Shown here one piece after another: positions 13,025 through 25,199 of a DNA stretch of 64,000 bases (position 1 is the first letter of the stretch; each line of letters opens with the position of its first letter). Position numbers and translations under genes: made by a program. The DNA is taken from assembly GCA_964016885.1 (NCBI GenBank), contig OZ024753.1, positions 13,578,001 to 13,642,000 on the forward strand, written 5' to 3'. Below the pieces are notes generated by a model. It made no database searches. It saw only the letters and a list, made by a program, of their open reading frames with translations, and was not told the DNA's origin. The stretch is from Eledone cirrhosa (lineage: Eukaryota).

Positions 13025-16000
13025 CTAGAGAATATAAGTCATAGATCTACTATAGAGTATGTAAGTCATAGATCTATCATAGAGAATATAAGTCATAGAT
13101 CTATCATAGAGTATGTAAGTCATAGATCTATCATAAAGTATGTAAGTCATAGATCTACCACAGAGTATGTAAGTCATAGATCTACCACAGAGTATGTAAG
13201 TCATAGATCTACCACAAAGTATGTAAGTCATAGATCTATCAAAGTATGTAAGTCATAGATCTACCACTGAGTATGTAAGTCATAGATCTACCACAGAGTA
13301 TGTAAGTCATAGATCTATCATAAAGTATGTAAGTCATAGATCTATCATAAAGTATGTAAGTCATAGATCTATCATAGAGTATGTAAGTCATAGATCTACC
13401 ATAAAGTATGTAAGTCATAGATCTACCACAGAGTATGTAAGTCATAGATCTACCACAGAGTATGTAAGTCATAGATCTATCATAAAGTATGTAAGTCATA
13501 GATCTACCACTGAGTATGTAAGTCATAGATCTACCACAGAGTATGTAAGTCATAGATCTATCATAAAGTATGTAAGTCATAGATCTATCATAAAGTATGT
13601 AAGTCATAGATCTATCATAGAGTATGTAAGTCATAGATCTACCACAGAGTATGTAAGTCATAGATCTACCATAGAGTATGTAAGTCATAGATCTACCACA
13701 GAGTATGTAAGTCATAGATCTACCACAGAGTATGTAAGTCATAGATCTATCATAAAGTATGTAAGTCATAGATCTACCACTGAGTATGTAAGTCATAGAT
13801 CTACCACAGAGTATGTAAGTCATAGATCTATCATAAAGTATGTAAGTCATAGATCTACCACTGAGTATGTAAGTCATAGATCTACCACAGAGTATGTAAG
13901 TCATAGATCTATCATAAAGTATGTAAGTCATAGATCTACCACTGAGTATGTAAGTCATAGATCTACCACAGAGTATGTAAGTCATAGATCTATCATAAAG
14001 TATGTAAGTCATAGATCTATCATAAAGTATGTAAGTCATAGATCTATCATAGAGTATGTAAGTCATAGATCTACCACAGAGTATGTAAGTCATAGATCTA
14101 CCACTGAGTATGTAAGTCATAGATCTACCATAGAGTATGTAAGTCATAGATCTATCATAAAGTATGTAAGTCATAGATCTACCACTGAGTATGTAAGTCA
14201 TAGATCTACCATAGAGTATGTAAGTCATAGATCTACCACTGAGTATGTAAGTCATAGATCTACCATAGAGTATGTAAGTCGTAGATCTACCACAGAGTAT
14301 GTAAGTCGTAGATCTACCACAGAGTATGTAAGTCGTAGATCTACCACAGAGTATGTAAGTCGTAGATCTACCACAGAGTATGTAAGTCGTAGATCTACCA
14401 CAAAGTATGTAAGTCATAGATCTACCACAGAGTATGTAAGTCATAGATCTACCACAGAGTATGTAAGTCATAGATCTACCACAGAGTATGTAAGTCATAG
14501 ATCTACCACAGAGTATGTAAGTCATAGATCTACCACAGAGTATGTAAGTCATAGATCTGCCACAGAGTATGTAAGTCATAGATCTATCATAGTGTATGTA
14601 AGTCATAGATCTACCACAGAGTATGTAAGTCATAGATCTATCATAGAGTATGTAAGTCATAGATCTACCACAGAGTATGTAAGTCATAGATCTACCACAG
14701 AGTATGTAAGTCATAGATCTATCATAGAGAATATAAGTCATAGATCTATCATAGAGAATATAAGTCATAGATCTATCATAGAGTATGTAAGTCATAGATC
14801 TATCATAAAGTATGTAAGTCATAGATCTACCATAGAGTATGTAAGTCATAGATCTACCACAGAGTATGTAAGTCATAGATCTACCACTGAGTATCTAAGT
14901 CATAGATCTATCATAAAGTATGTAAGTCATAGATCTACCACAGAGTATGTAAGTCATAGATCTATCATAAAGTATGTAAGTCATAGATCTACCACTGAGT
15001 ATGTAAGTCATAGATCTACCACAGAGTATGTAAGTCATAGATCTATCATAAAGTATGTAAGTCATAGATCTACCACTGAGTATGTAAGTCATAGATCTAC
15101 CATAGAGTATGTAAGTCATAGATCTATCATAGAGAGTATGTAAGTCATAGATCTATCATAGTGTATGTAAGCCATAGATCTACCACAGAGTATGTAAGTC
15201 ATAGATCTACCATAGAGTATGTAAGTCATAGATCTACCACAGAGTATGTAAGTCATAGATCTACCATAGAGTATGTAAGTCATAGATCTATCATAGTGTA
15301 TGTAAGTCATAGATCTACCACAGAGTATGTAAGTCATAGATCTACCATAGAGTATGTAAGTCATAGATCTACCACAGAGTATGTAAGTCATAGATCTACC
15401 ATAGAGTATGTAAGTCATAGATCTACCACAGAGTATGTAAGTCATAGATCTACCACAGAGTATGTAAGTCATAGATCTACCATAGAGTATGTAAGTCATA
15501 GATCTATCACAGAGTATGTAAGTCATAGATCTACCATAGAGTATGTAAGTCATAGATCTATCATAAAGTATGTAAGTCATAGATCTACCACTGAGTATAT
15601 AAGTCATAGATCTACCACAGAGTATGTAAGTCATAGATCTACCATAGAGTATGTAAGTCATAGATCTACCACAGAGTATGTAAGTCATAGATCTACCATA
15701 GAGTATGTAAGTCATAGATCTACCACAGAGTATGTAAGTCATAGATCTACCACAGAGTATGTAAGTCATAGATCTACCATAGAGTATGTAAGTCATAGAT
15801 CTATCACAGAGTATGTAAGTCATAGATCTATCATAGAGAGTATGTAAGTCATAGATCGATCACAGAGTATGTAAGTCATAGATCTACCACAGAGTATGTA
15901 AGTCATAGATCTACCACAGAGTATGTAAGTCATAGATCTACCACAGAGTATGTAAGTCATAGATCTACCATAGAGTATGTAAGTCATAGATCTACCACAG

Positions 16001-17210
16001 AGTATGTAAGTCATAGATCTACCACAGAGTATGTAAGTCATAGATCTACCATAGAGTATGTAAGTCATAGATCTATCATAGAGAGTATGTAAGTCATAGA
16101 TCTACCACAGAGTATGTAAGTCATAGATCTATCATAAAGTATGTAAGTCATAGATCTACCACTGAGTATGTAAGTCATAGATCTACCACAGAGTATGTAA
16201 GTCATAGATCTATCATAAAGTATGTAAGTCATAGATCTACCACTGAGTATGTAAGTCATAGATCTACCATAGAGTATGTAAGTCATAGATCTATCATAGA
16301 GAGTATGTAAGTCATAGATCTATCATAGTGTATGTAAGCCATAGATCTACCACAGAGTATGTAAGTCATAGATCTACCATAGAGTATGTAAGTCATAGAT
16401 CTACCACAGAGTATGTAAGTCATAGATCTACCATAGAGTATGTAAGTCATAGATCTATCATAGTGTATGTAAGTCATAGATCTACCACAGAGTATGTAAG
16501 TCATAGATCTACCATAGAGTATGTAAGTCATAGATCTACCACAGAGTATGTAAGTCATAGATCTACCATAGAGTATGTAAGTCATAGATCTACCACAGAG
16601 AATGTAAGTCATAGATCTACCACAGAGTATGTAAGTCATAGATCTACCATAGAGTATGTAAGTCATAGATCTATCACAGAGTATGTAAGTCATAGATCTA
16701 TCATAGAGAGTATGTAAGTCATAGATCGATCACAGAGTATGTAAGTCATAGATCGATCACAGAGTATGTAAGTCATAGATCTACCACAGAGTATGTAAGT
16801 CATAGATCTACCACAGAGTATGTAAGTCATAGATCTACCATAGAGTATGTAAGTCATAGATCTACCACAGAGTATGTAAGTCATAGATCTACCACAGAGT
16901 ATGTAAGTCATAGATCTACCATAGAGTATGTAAGTCATAGATCTATCACAGAGTATGTAAGTCATAGATCTATCATAGAGAGTATGTAAGTCATAGATCG
17001 ATCACAGAGTATGTAAGTCATAGATCGATCACAGAGTATGTAAGTCATAGATCTACCACAGAGTATGTAAGTCATAGATCTACCACAGAGTATGTAAGTC
17101 ATAGATCTACCATAGAGTATGTAAGTCATAGATCTACCACAGAGTATGTAAGTCATAGATCTACCACAGAGTATGTAAGTCATAGATCTACCATAGAGTA
17201 TGTAAGTCAT
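13025..17210. repeat. 27-bp minisatellite, about 155 copies (GAGTATGTAAGTCATAGATCTACCACA) with higher-order blocks
   Basis: Units read directly; rare variants recur at 1167-bp offset (15161 vs 16328). Confidence 0.97.
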
Positions 17211-17224
17211 ATATCTGGTACGGC

Positions 17225-17590
17225 AATGGATTTGCAGTGGGTAGAGCGTCAGGCACCATGCTTTGCAGCATAGAGTTATGGCCCTTTGCGTTCTGAGTTC
17301 AAATATGCCGAGTTTAACTTTGCCTTTCATCCTTACGGGGTCGATGAGATAAAGCACCAGTAATGCACTGGGGGAAATTGCTGGCCTTGTGCCAAAAGTA
17401 GAAACATTATCATTGGCAGTATCGCAGCAGCACAGAGTTACGACCCTTTAGGTTCTAAGTTCCAATCCTGCCGAGATCAACTTTGCCTTTCATTCTTATG
17501 TCGATAAAATACAGTACCAGTAATGCACTGGGTTGATTTAATCGACTTTCCCCTCTCCTCAAATTTCTGGCCTTGTGCCTAAATCAAAAA
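17225..17590 (+). mobile_element. Two tandem copies of SINE family B
   Basis: A-box-like head, B-box, CTTTGCCTTTCAT core, GGCCTTGTGCC tail. Confidence 0.8.
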
Positions 17591-17682
17591 CCTGTTTTAA
17601 AGGCAGTGTGGAGAGAGAGAGAGAGAGAGAGAGAGAGGTAAACCAGTGGATTTATTATTTTTATTTTATTTTTTTTTGTTAG

Positions 17683-17754
17683 AGCCCTGAGTTTATTGTT
17701 TGATGTGAAATATTTCCTGACAATCTCGGAGGATAAATGTAAGGAGAGGAGAAG
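17683..17754 (+). CDS. NMRK1: Nicotinamide riboside kinase exon: (E)ALSLLFDVKYFLTISEDKCKERR
   Basis: T-rich tract plus TAG, GTAACC donor at 17755; YFLTI..CKxRR motif; 72 nt, phase 2 to 2. Confidence 0.92.
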
Positions 17755-17805
17755 GTAACCAATCAACTTTCATTTATTTGAACTTGGATAGAATATATAT
17801 ATCAT

Positions 17806-18300
17806 CATCATCATTTTACGTCCGCTTTTCCCTGCTTTCAAGGGTGGGACGGGTCCTATTCAGCACAGCATCTCTCCATTCGTCACGCTCCTTCATCATC
17901 TCCTCCGATCACTTCAGCGATCTGAGATCAGCTCTCACCACCTCCGCCCATGTTTTTCGTGGTCTTCCTCTACTGTGTCTTCCTTCTACTGGGATTTCTT
18001 GGCACTTCTTTGAATATATATATATCATCATCATCATACGTCTGCTTTTGCCTGCTTTCAAGGGTGGGACGGGTCCTATTCAGCACAGCATCTCTCCATT
18101 CGTCATGGTCCTTCATCATCTCCTCCGTGAGCTTCAGCGATCTGAGATCAGCTCTCTCCACCTCCGCCCATGTTTTTCGTGGTCTTCCTCTACTGTGTCT
18201 TCCTTCCACTGGGATTTCTTGGCACTTCTTTAGCCAGCAGTCATCTTCCATATGCATCACATGTCCATACCAACACAGTCTTCTATCCCACACACTACAG
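17806..18300 (-). mobile_element. RTE-clade LINE 3' end, tandemly duplicated
   Basis: Minus ORF RRLCWYGHV...GRHSRGRPRKTW...DHDEWR typical of RTE ORF C-terminus; (GAT)n tail. Confidence 0.85.
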
Positions 18301-18623
18301 TTATGTATGTTTGTGTATATACATATATATATTTCACTTTTCTGTGTGTGTATATGTATATACACATATGCTTGTTTATATATTGCTATATATTTTTATA
18401 TATTATTTTTCTTACCCTTCTTTTATATATTTTTTCTTATGTATATTTCCCTTTATTTTTCCAGCCTCACTTCCAATTTTTAACAGATTTTAAATCTCAT
18501 TTCATACTTCTATCCATAACATCTCCGTCTGACGACCGATCCAGACATATATTAATATTGTCTGGGATCCAGAAACCTTTGGTAATGGAGTAGTTATATT
18601 TTGTGTTGTTGACTTTCTAATTA

Positions 18624-19215
18624 TCTATATATATAAAACTGAGGATGTCTGTCTGTGTGTGTGTGAGTTTGAATCCCTAAAACTAGAGAAGCACCCAACC
18701 GACTGTTTTCAAACTTTACACATGTAATACTTATGTTTCAGGGAGTGTTCTGAGCAAAAGAAATTTCAAATTTTCAATGCCTTAGGGACCACATTAGGCG
18801 ATTTAGCGATCTCTCTCTATAATTCTTAGTCTTTCTATTTTTAGATAGATACATACATATAACGTCGTGCCCTTATAATATCTGTCTGTATGTCTGGCTG
18901 TCTGCATTACGTCACTTCCTACAATTCGCTCTGCGTCCAGAACGTGCCCTTATAATCTGTCTGTATGTCTGGCTGTCTGCCATCTCCGGTTATTCTGCCA
19001 CCCTTGCTCAAGACAAATCTCCACACTCATTCCCCCAAACAGTTGGTAAGTGCACACAACTTCTTCCTCACGTTTTAAGCCACATTGTTGCTTACTTACG
19101 TACCACCAGACCCTTACTTCTTTGCCAGCCGTGGTTGTGGCAATACTAAGCTTAGCTAAGGCGGTTATATATTTCACAATACCTTATCCCGTGCAACGCC
19201 GGGTACCACTGCTAG
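18624..19215 (+). mobile_element. Non-autonomous Helitron
   Basis: 5' A|TCTATATATATAAAA then GTCT repeats; 3' hairpin CCCGTGCAACGCCGGG (19188-19203) then CTAG|T; no TSD. Confidence 0.8.
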
Positions 19216-19314
19216 TATATAAATATATGTATAAATGAACTTTCTTTCCGATATAAAGCGTGAAACTAATAAGACTTTTTGTACCTCTGTTTGTTGTCTC
19301 CTTGAACTATATAT

Positions 19315-20750
19315 ATCATCATGTCCATACCAATGCAGTCTTCTCTCCTCCACATCACCTTGGATTTCTCATAAATTCCAGTTTCTCCTTCAGTTCATCC
19401 AAGCTCCACCTTTCTCTCACACTTGCATTGCACATCTAACAAAGCATGGTCACTTCAGTTCTCTCCAGTCTACACATGTCATCTGCAGTCATAGCCCATG
19501 TTTCGCTACCATGTAGCCCCACATGTCATCTGCAGTCACAGCCCATGTTTCGCTACCATGCTGCACCACATGTCATCTGCAGTCATCAAAGCCCATGTTT
19601 CGCTACCATGTAGCCCCACATGTCATCTGCAGTCATCACAGTCCATGTTTCGCTACCATGTAGCCCTACATGTCATCTGCAGTCATCACAGCCCATGTTT
19701 CGCCTCCATGTAGCCCCACATGTCATCTGCAGTCACAGCCCATGTTTCGCTACCATGTAGCACCACATGTCATCTGCAGTCACAGCCCATGTTTCGCTAA
19801 CATGTAGCCCCACATGTCATCTGCAGTCACAGCCCATGTTTCGCTAACATGTAGCCCCACATGTCATCTGCAGTCACAGCCCATGTTTCGCTAACATGTA
19901 GCCCCACATGTCATCTGCAGTCACAGCCCATGTTTCGCTACCATGTAGCCCCACATGTCATCTGCAGTCATCACAGCCCATGTTTCGCTACCATGTAGCC
20001 CCACATGTCATCTGCAGTCACAGCCCATGTTTCGCTACCATGTAGCCCCACATGTCATCTGCAATCACAGCCCATGTTTCGCTACCATGTAGCTCCACAT
20101 GTCATCTGCAGTCACAGCCCATGTTTCGCTACCATGTAGCACCACATGTCATCTGCAGTCACAGCCCATGTTTCGCTAACATGTAGCCCCACATGTCATC
20201 TGCAGTCACAGCCCATGTTTCGCTAACATGTAGCCCCACATGTCATCTGCAGTCACAGCCCATGTTTCGCTACCATGTAGCACCACATGTCATCTGCAGT
20301 CACAGCCCATGTTTTGCTACCATGTAGCACCACATGTCATCTGCAGTCACAGCCCATGTTTCGCTACCATGTAGCCCCACGTCATCTGCAGTCATCACAT
20401 CCCATGTTTCGCTACCATGTAGCACCACATGCCATCTGCAGTCACAGCCCTTGTTTCGCTAACATGTAGCACCACATGTCATCTGCAGTCATCACAGCCC
20501 ATGTTTCGCTACCATGTAGCACCACATGTCATCTGCAGTCATCACATCCCATGTTTCGCTACCATGTAGCCCCACATGTCATCTGCAGTCATCACAGCCC
20601 ATGTTTCGCTACCATGTAGTCCCACATGTCATCTGCAGTCATCACAGCCCATGTTTCGCTACCATGTAGCCCCACATGTCATCTGCAGTCACAGCCTATG
20701 TTTCGCTACAATGCAGCATCACACTTCACACACAGGCATCCTTTTGTACA
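19315..20750 (-). mobile_element. Decayed RTE LINE RT C-terminal fragment interrupted by a satellite
   Basis: Minus strand reads approximately DACV.SVMLH.SET.AVTADDMCRLERTEVTML..MCNA...ERRLHWYGH. Confidence 0.8.
19474..20715. repeat. 47/50-bp satellite, about 26 copies (CATGTCATCTGCAGTCACAGCCCATGTTTCGCTACCATGTAGCCCCA)
   Basis: Units read directly. Confidence 0.95.
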
Positions 20751-20931
20751 TATACTCAGCTGAAAATGAGTACCAGCAATAGTTCGAAATTTAACCCTGT
20801 GATGAACTGGCACCCTATCCAGGGGGAAGTCTTGTACTCTCAGTTGCTTAATGTCATGAACACTGGGATAAACACCAGACTAATAATCTTCTGGGCTTGA
20901 GACAGACTTCAGACATTTTTTCGAACTTTAA

Positions 20932-21152
20932 CCTTTTAACATATACATTACTCTTTATATAATATTATATTTTCACGATATAGGCTTCATCTTACATAAT
21001 TATCTCACATAATATCGAATCTATGAGATTTTGATGTTACTTACTTTGAGAACAATACCTTAACATCAGTATGAGCAGCTGGTTACAGCTGGTTTGAACA
21101 GAAAGAGGTGAGAGAATTCTAGCTGCATATGGCCTGTTTAAATGGTAAAGAG
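20932..21152 (+). mobile_element. piggyBac-like MITE, complete diverged copy
   Basis: Flanked by TTAA at 20928-20931 and 21153-21156, degenerate TIRs. Confidence 0.75.
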
Positions 21153-21235
21153 TTAAGATTTCCTGTAAATAATACTGAATTAGTTTCCAGTTAACAATCA
21201 CCTAATCATCGAAAATTCTGTTTCTCTCTTGCTAG

Positions 21236-21339
21236 TGAGCGAAATTATGACCCACCTGATGTTCCAGGATACTTTGAGAAAATAGTATGGCCAATGTATC
21301 TTAAGAACAAGGATGCTCTCTCGCATCAAACAGATATAG
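21236..21339 (+). CDS. NMRK1: Nicotinamide riboside kinase exon: (S)ERNYDPPDVPGYFEKIVWPMYLKNKDALSHQTDI
   Basis: RxYxPPDxPGYF..VWPMYLK signature; TAG acceptor, GTACGT donor at 21340; 104 nt, phase 2 to 1. Confidence 0.95.
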
Positions 21340-22914
21340 GTACGTAAATTGTTTTACTTATTACTTGTGGAATGTTTTATATTAAGTGTTGGTGACACAA
21401 CAACAACAACAACAACAACAACAAACTAGACACACCTAATCCAACCTATAAATGTGGTTGGCATTAGGAAGGGCATCCAGCTGTAGAAACCAAGCCAGAA
21501 AGAGTTATTCATGACCAATCCATGGTCATTTGGTTTGATTTATCTCACAACAGGATAACTCGTCTAATCCGTGCTAGCATGGAAAAATGGACGTTAAATG
21601 AATATGATGATGAGGAGGAGGCGGTGAACGAGGATGAGGTCGATGTCGAAGACAACTTCAATTCATTCGTTACCAGATTTCTTAAAATTTTGAATGAAAA
21701 AAGACTTTTTAAATTATCATAGACCGAAAGTCAAAAAACAAGGGAAGTAATCTTGTCAAACTGTAAAAAGCTACCTCCCTTGAAATGTATTAGTCTGGGC
21801 AATCAGAAGCAATTAGATGATGATATATTCCTGTAGTTATTTGAGGATATAGCTTGAATTTTATGGTTTAATATTCAAGTTTATTGTATTGCAGAAAATC
21901 CTGTTTCTATACTCAGAATATGCCATTCCTTTATACAACCGAAAATATGTATACCCGTCTATATATTCAAGTTAATTTACTGGTATATTAGTCACCATTT
22001 CTTGTCAGTATCTATCATAAAATGCCCTTTAGTTTTTTTTTATTCTACAAAACATCATCTTATTAGTGAAGGTACATGGCTTAGTGGTTCATGTATTGGA
22101 TTCATGTTGAAATGGTCATGGTCATGGTACCTGGACCATGCAGACCAGAGTCTTGAGCAAGTGACTTCATTTCACATTGCTTTCCATCAGAAGACTGGAA
22201 CTCCTATCATAAAAACACCTGAGAAATCTCCTATGTGATACCTCATAAGGTGGCCAGCTAAACCTAAAAGGTGTGAACTGTAACAATATGATAGGGTTGA
22301 GGGTCCTTATTATTAAAACACCTGAGAAATCTCCTATGTGAAACCTCATAAGGTAGCCAGCTAAACCTTACAAAGGTGTGAACTGTAAAGTTTATTTTTC
22401 ATTTCATCTTGTCAGCAACAGCTAATTTTGAGAATGTGTGTGAAATGGAAATTGACCCAACCAGATGGAGGGTAGCTCTGATTACATAATGATCTGGTCA
22501 ACTCATGCCAGCATGGAAAATGGACATAACATGGTAAAGGGAAAAGTCAATTAAATTGACCCCAGTGTGTTACTACAACTTTATTTTTATCAACGCCATA
22601 AGGATAAAGGGTAAAGCTAAGCTTGCCATGATTTGAATGTAAATGGACATAACTATATGTAACAAAGTATGTTGTCTGACGTTTTATCGATACTGCCAAT
22701 CCACTGATCTTAATACCAGCTTAACTCTTTAGCATTTAAACCAGCCGTATCTGGCCAGAATTCTCTCACCTTTCTGTTCAAACCGGCCATAACTGGCTAC
22801 TCATACTTATGTTAAGGTAGTATTCTCATCAATAAATAACATCAAAATCTAATAGATTCGATATTATGTGAGATAATTATGTAAGATAAAAAAACCTTTA
22901 CCGTGAAAATATAA

Positions 22915-23090
22915 TTGTTTCTACTTTAGGCACAAGGCCAGCAATTACTCAGTGCATTACTGGTACTTTATTTTATCGACCCCGTAAGGATGAAAGGCAA
23001 AGTCAACCTCGGCGGGATTTGAACTCAAATCGTAAAGGGACGTAACTATGCTGGAAAGCATGGCGTCCGACCCTCTACCGATACTGCCAA
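22915..23090 (-). mobile_element. SINE family B, near full length
   Basis: Reverse complement nearly identical to 61975-62154. Confidence 0.85.
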
Positions 23091-23091
23091 A

Positions 23092-23430
23092 GAGGCACAT
23101 GGCTTAGTGGTTAGAGCATTGGTCTTGCAATCGAAAGGTTGTGAGTTCAATTCTCAGACCGGGTGATGTGTTGTTTCCTTGAGCAAGACGCTTTATTTCA
23201 CATTGCTCCAGTTTACTCAACTGTAGAAATGAGATGATAGAGACTGGGATCCCTATCATTCCACTGTAAAGTGGACGTGGAGGTGCCACGGCAAAAAAGC
23301 ACCCAGCACTCACTGTAAATGAGGTTGGTGTTAGGAAGGGCATCCAGCTGTAGAAATCAAGCCAGAATCAGTTCCCGTCCCACCCTTGCAAGCAGGGTAA
23401 AGCGGACGTAAAATGAAATGATGATGATGA
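23092..23430 (+). mobile_element. SINE family A: tRNA head, CORE-like domain, RTE-derived tail
   Basis: A-box TGGCTTAGTGG, B-box GAGTTCAATTC, CCTTGAGCAAGAC..CTT...CAGTTTACTCA.CTGTAGAAATG resembling the CORE domain; tail shared with RTE fragment at 17806. Confidence 0.85.
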
Positions 23431-23473
23431 TAGAGTAATGTAAATGCTAAATGGTTAATGAGGTAGCTAGTTA

Positions 23474-23651
23474 CCATATATCCTGGTGCCGAAGACGCTT
23501 CGTCCTCGAGGATGCCCTATAATTTTGACAAACAAAAATTTGAAAAAAATTTGAAAAGAAATAACAAACAACCTTCGGCTCCAGGACGCATGGTAGATTT
23601 TTGAGACTTATTTTAGGAAAAAAGTAGCGTTTTCAACGCCAGGAAATAAGG
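23474..23651. mobile_element. Small Tc1/mariner/pogo-type MITE
   Basis: Imperfect TIRs CCATATATCCTGGTG..GAAGACGC / GCGTTTTCAACGCCAGGAAATAAGG, TA on the left. Confidence 0.5.
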
Positions 23652-23833
23652 TGTATTACTAAATCCATCCAAATTTTTTTTATTATTATTTTCAAATTAA
23701 TTTTTAAAATCATAGCCAAGATCTTTCATTAGAAACAAAGTTTGTTGAAGTAATCAAATTATTTATTCTGTCCCTAAAACAATGGGTTATGTATTAGTTA
23801 CAATAACAGCAGTAAAACCATTTATGCTAGAAA

Positions 23834-24175
23834 TATGGGGGTTAGCTGTAAAGTTCCTAGGGTGACCAAAATACTTTCATGAAATGACTAAATGGAGTTT
23901 ATTTTTCAACATTGTCTCTGGAAAGAAACAATGTAGTTATTAAGAAGAGTTGAAATTAATGCATGCAAGATTTCACAGCTCTAGCATCATTCCTTCATAG
24001 TCTGACTAAGATACTCTCATGGAATGACCAAATGAGGTTTATTTTTCAACATAGTCTCTGGAAAGAAATAATACAGTTATTAATAAGAAGAGTTGAAATT
24101 AATGCATGCAAGATTTCACAGCTCTAGCATCATTCCTTCATAGTCAACCTATGAAGTTTACAACCTCCACTCATA
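23834..24175. mobile_element. Mariner-like MITE with about 140-bp internal duplication
   Basis: Imperfect TIRs (TGTAAAGTTCCTAGGGTGAC / GTCAACCTATGAAGTTTACA), TA ends. Confidence 0.5.
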
Positions 24176-24263
24176 AATGATTGTAATAAAAAAAATGTTT
24201 TGCTGAGAAGAGAATTTTTGTTTTTGCCAAATTCTCAAGATATGTTCTTTGTTCTAATTTCAG

Positions 24264-24361
24264 ATTACCATAATGCTGATTCCGATGATTTAAAAATATT
24301 TGAAATAATTAAGACTGACATTTCTAACTTATTAAAAACGAAACAGAATGATCTTCAGTGA
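24264..24361 (+). CDS. NMRK1: Nicotinamide riboside kinase last coding exon: (D)YHNADSDDLKIFEIIKTDISNLLKTKQNDLQ*
   Basis: TTTCAG acceptor, phase 1 compatible, TGA at 24359-24361, AATAAA just downstream; size fits the NRK C-terminus. Confidence 0.8.
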
Positions 24362-24427
24362 TGCCAGCCCTTCACCATGACACATAACTATTTTCAACTA
24401 ATTTTTTTCACTTAATGGTTTGCACTG

Positions 24428-24433
24428 AATAAA
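24428..24433 (+). promoter_or_regulatory. Candidate polyadenylation signal of the NRK gene
   Basis: AATAAA 67 nt after the stop codon. Confidence 0.5.
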
Positions 24434-25199
24434 ACTACATTAGTAAAACATTCTTTAAAAGTCCAAAACAGTTCTATGACTGGACCTTTCTTCTTTCCCT
24501 TTTTATCAAAAACAACTATCTCCAAATTATCTGGCTGGATCCACAAATGAGACAACCAACCAAGGTTATGTATGTTGTCCAACCATAGTGCTTCTTAGCA
24601 TAGTGCTCCCTGGGTCTCTTGGTGGCTGGTTTTGACCATAAAGTCTGCCCAGCGAATCTTTCCTTAGACATTTAAGGTGATAAAAACTGACCTTGCTCAC
24701 TTACACCTCTCTAAGACAATGTCACTGGATCAAGATATTTGGTGCTATGCAGTTATACAGAAGACCCGCCTTCCTTTACATATGAACTTAAACCTACAGG
24801 CAGTAGGCACCTCTTTACCCAATATGCACCCCACCAAACACATCCTACTCCATCTTCCCATTTCCGTCCACTGTAAAGTAGTTGTGTAGGTGACACGACA
24901 AAAAGCACCTGTCCACACTGTAAAGTGGTCGTGTAGGAGACACGGTAAGAAAAGCTTGTCAACATTGTAAATATGTAAATGTGGTTGGTGTTACGAAGGG
25001 CTTCCTGCCATAGAGAACCTGCCAAAAACAGTTCTGTAGGAGCGAGACACGGTCTCCCGACCAATCTTGCTTCAAGTGTGACAAACCCGTCCAACCCATG
25101 CTATTGTGGAAGATGGACTTTAATTGATGATGATTCTAACAATATGACCGTAATATCGGAGCTGTGATCTCACAATTTGGAGAAGTAGTGACTCTACCT

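Larger units (their letters stand above)
22725..23454 (-). mobile_element. piggyBac-like MITE split by two nested SINEs
   Basis: TTAA 22721-22724 and 23455-23458; MITE sequence stops near 22914 and resumes at 23430. Confidence 0.75.

Noticed and set aside
13239-14876. 545-aa MTYIL-repeat ORF and related ORFs
   Set aside because: 27-bp unit is a multiple of three without stops; lies inside an NRK intron.
22190-22390. About 105-bp tandem duplication in an intron
   Set aside because: Ordinary local duplication with no coding or structural signal.
23092-23165. tRNA gene
   Set aside because: A and B boxes present but it is the head of a multi-copy SINE with no acceptor stem or terminator.
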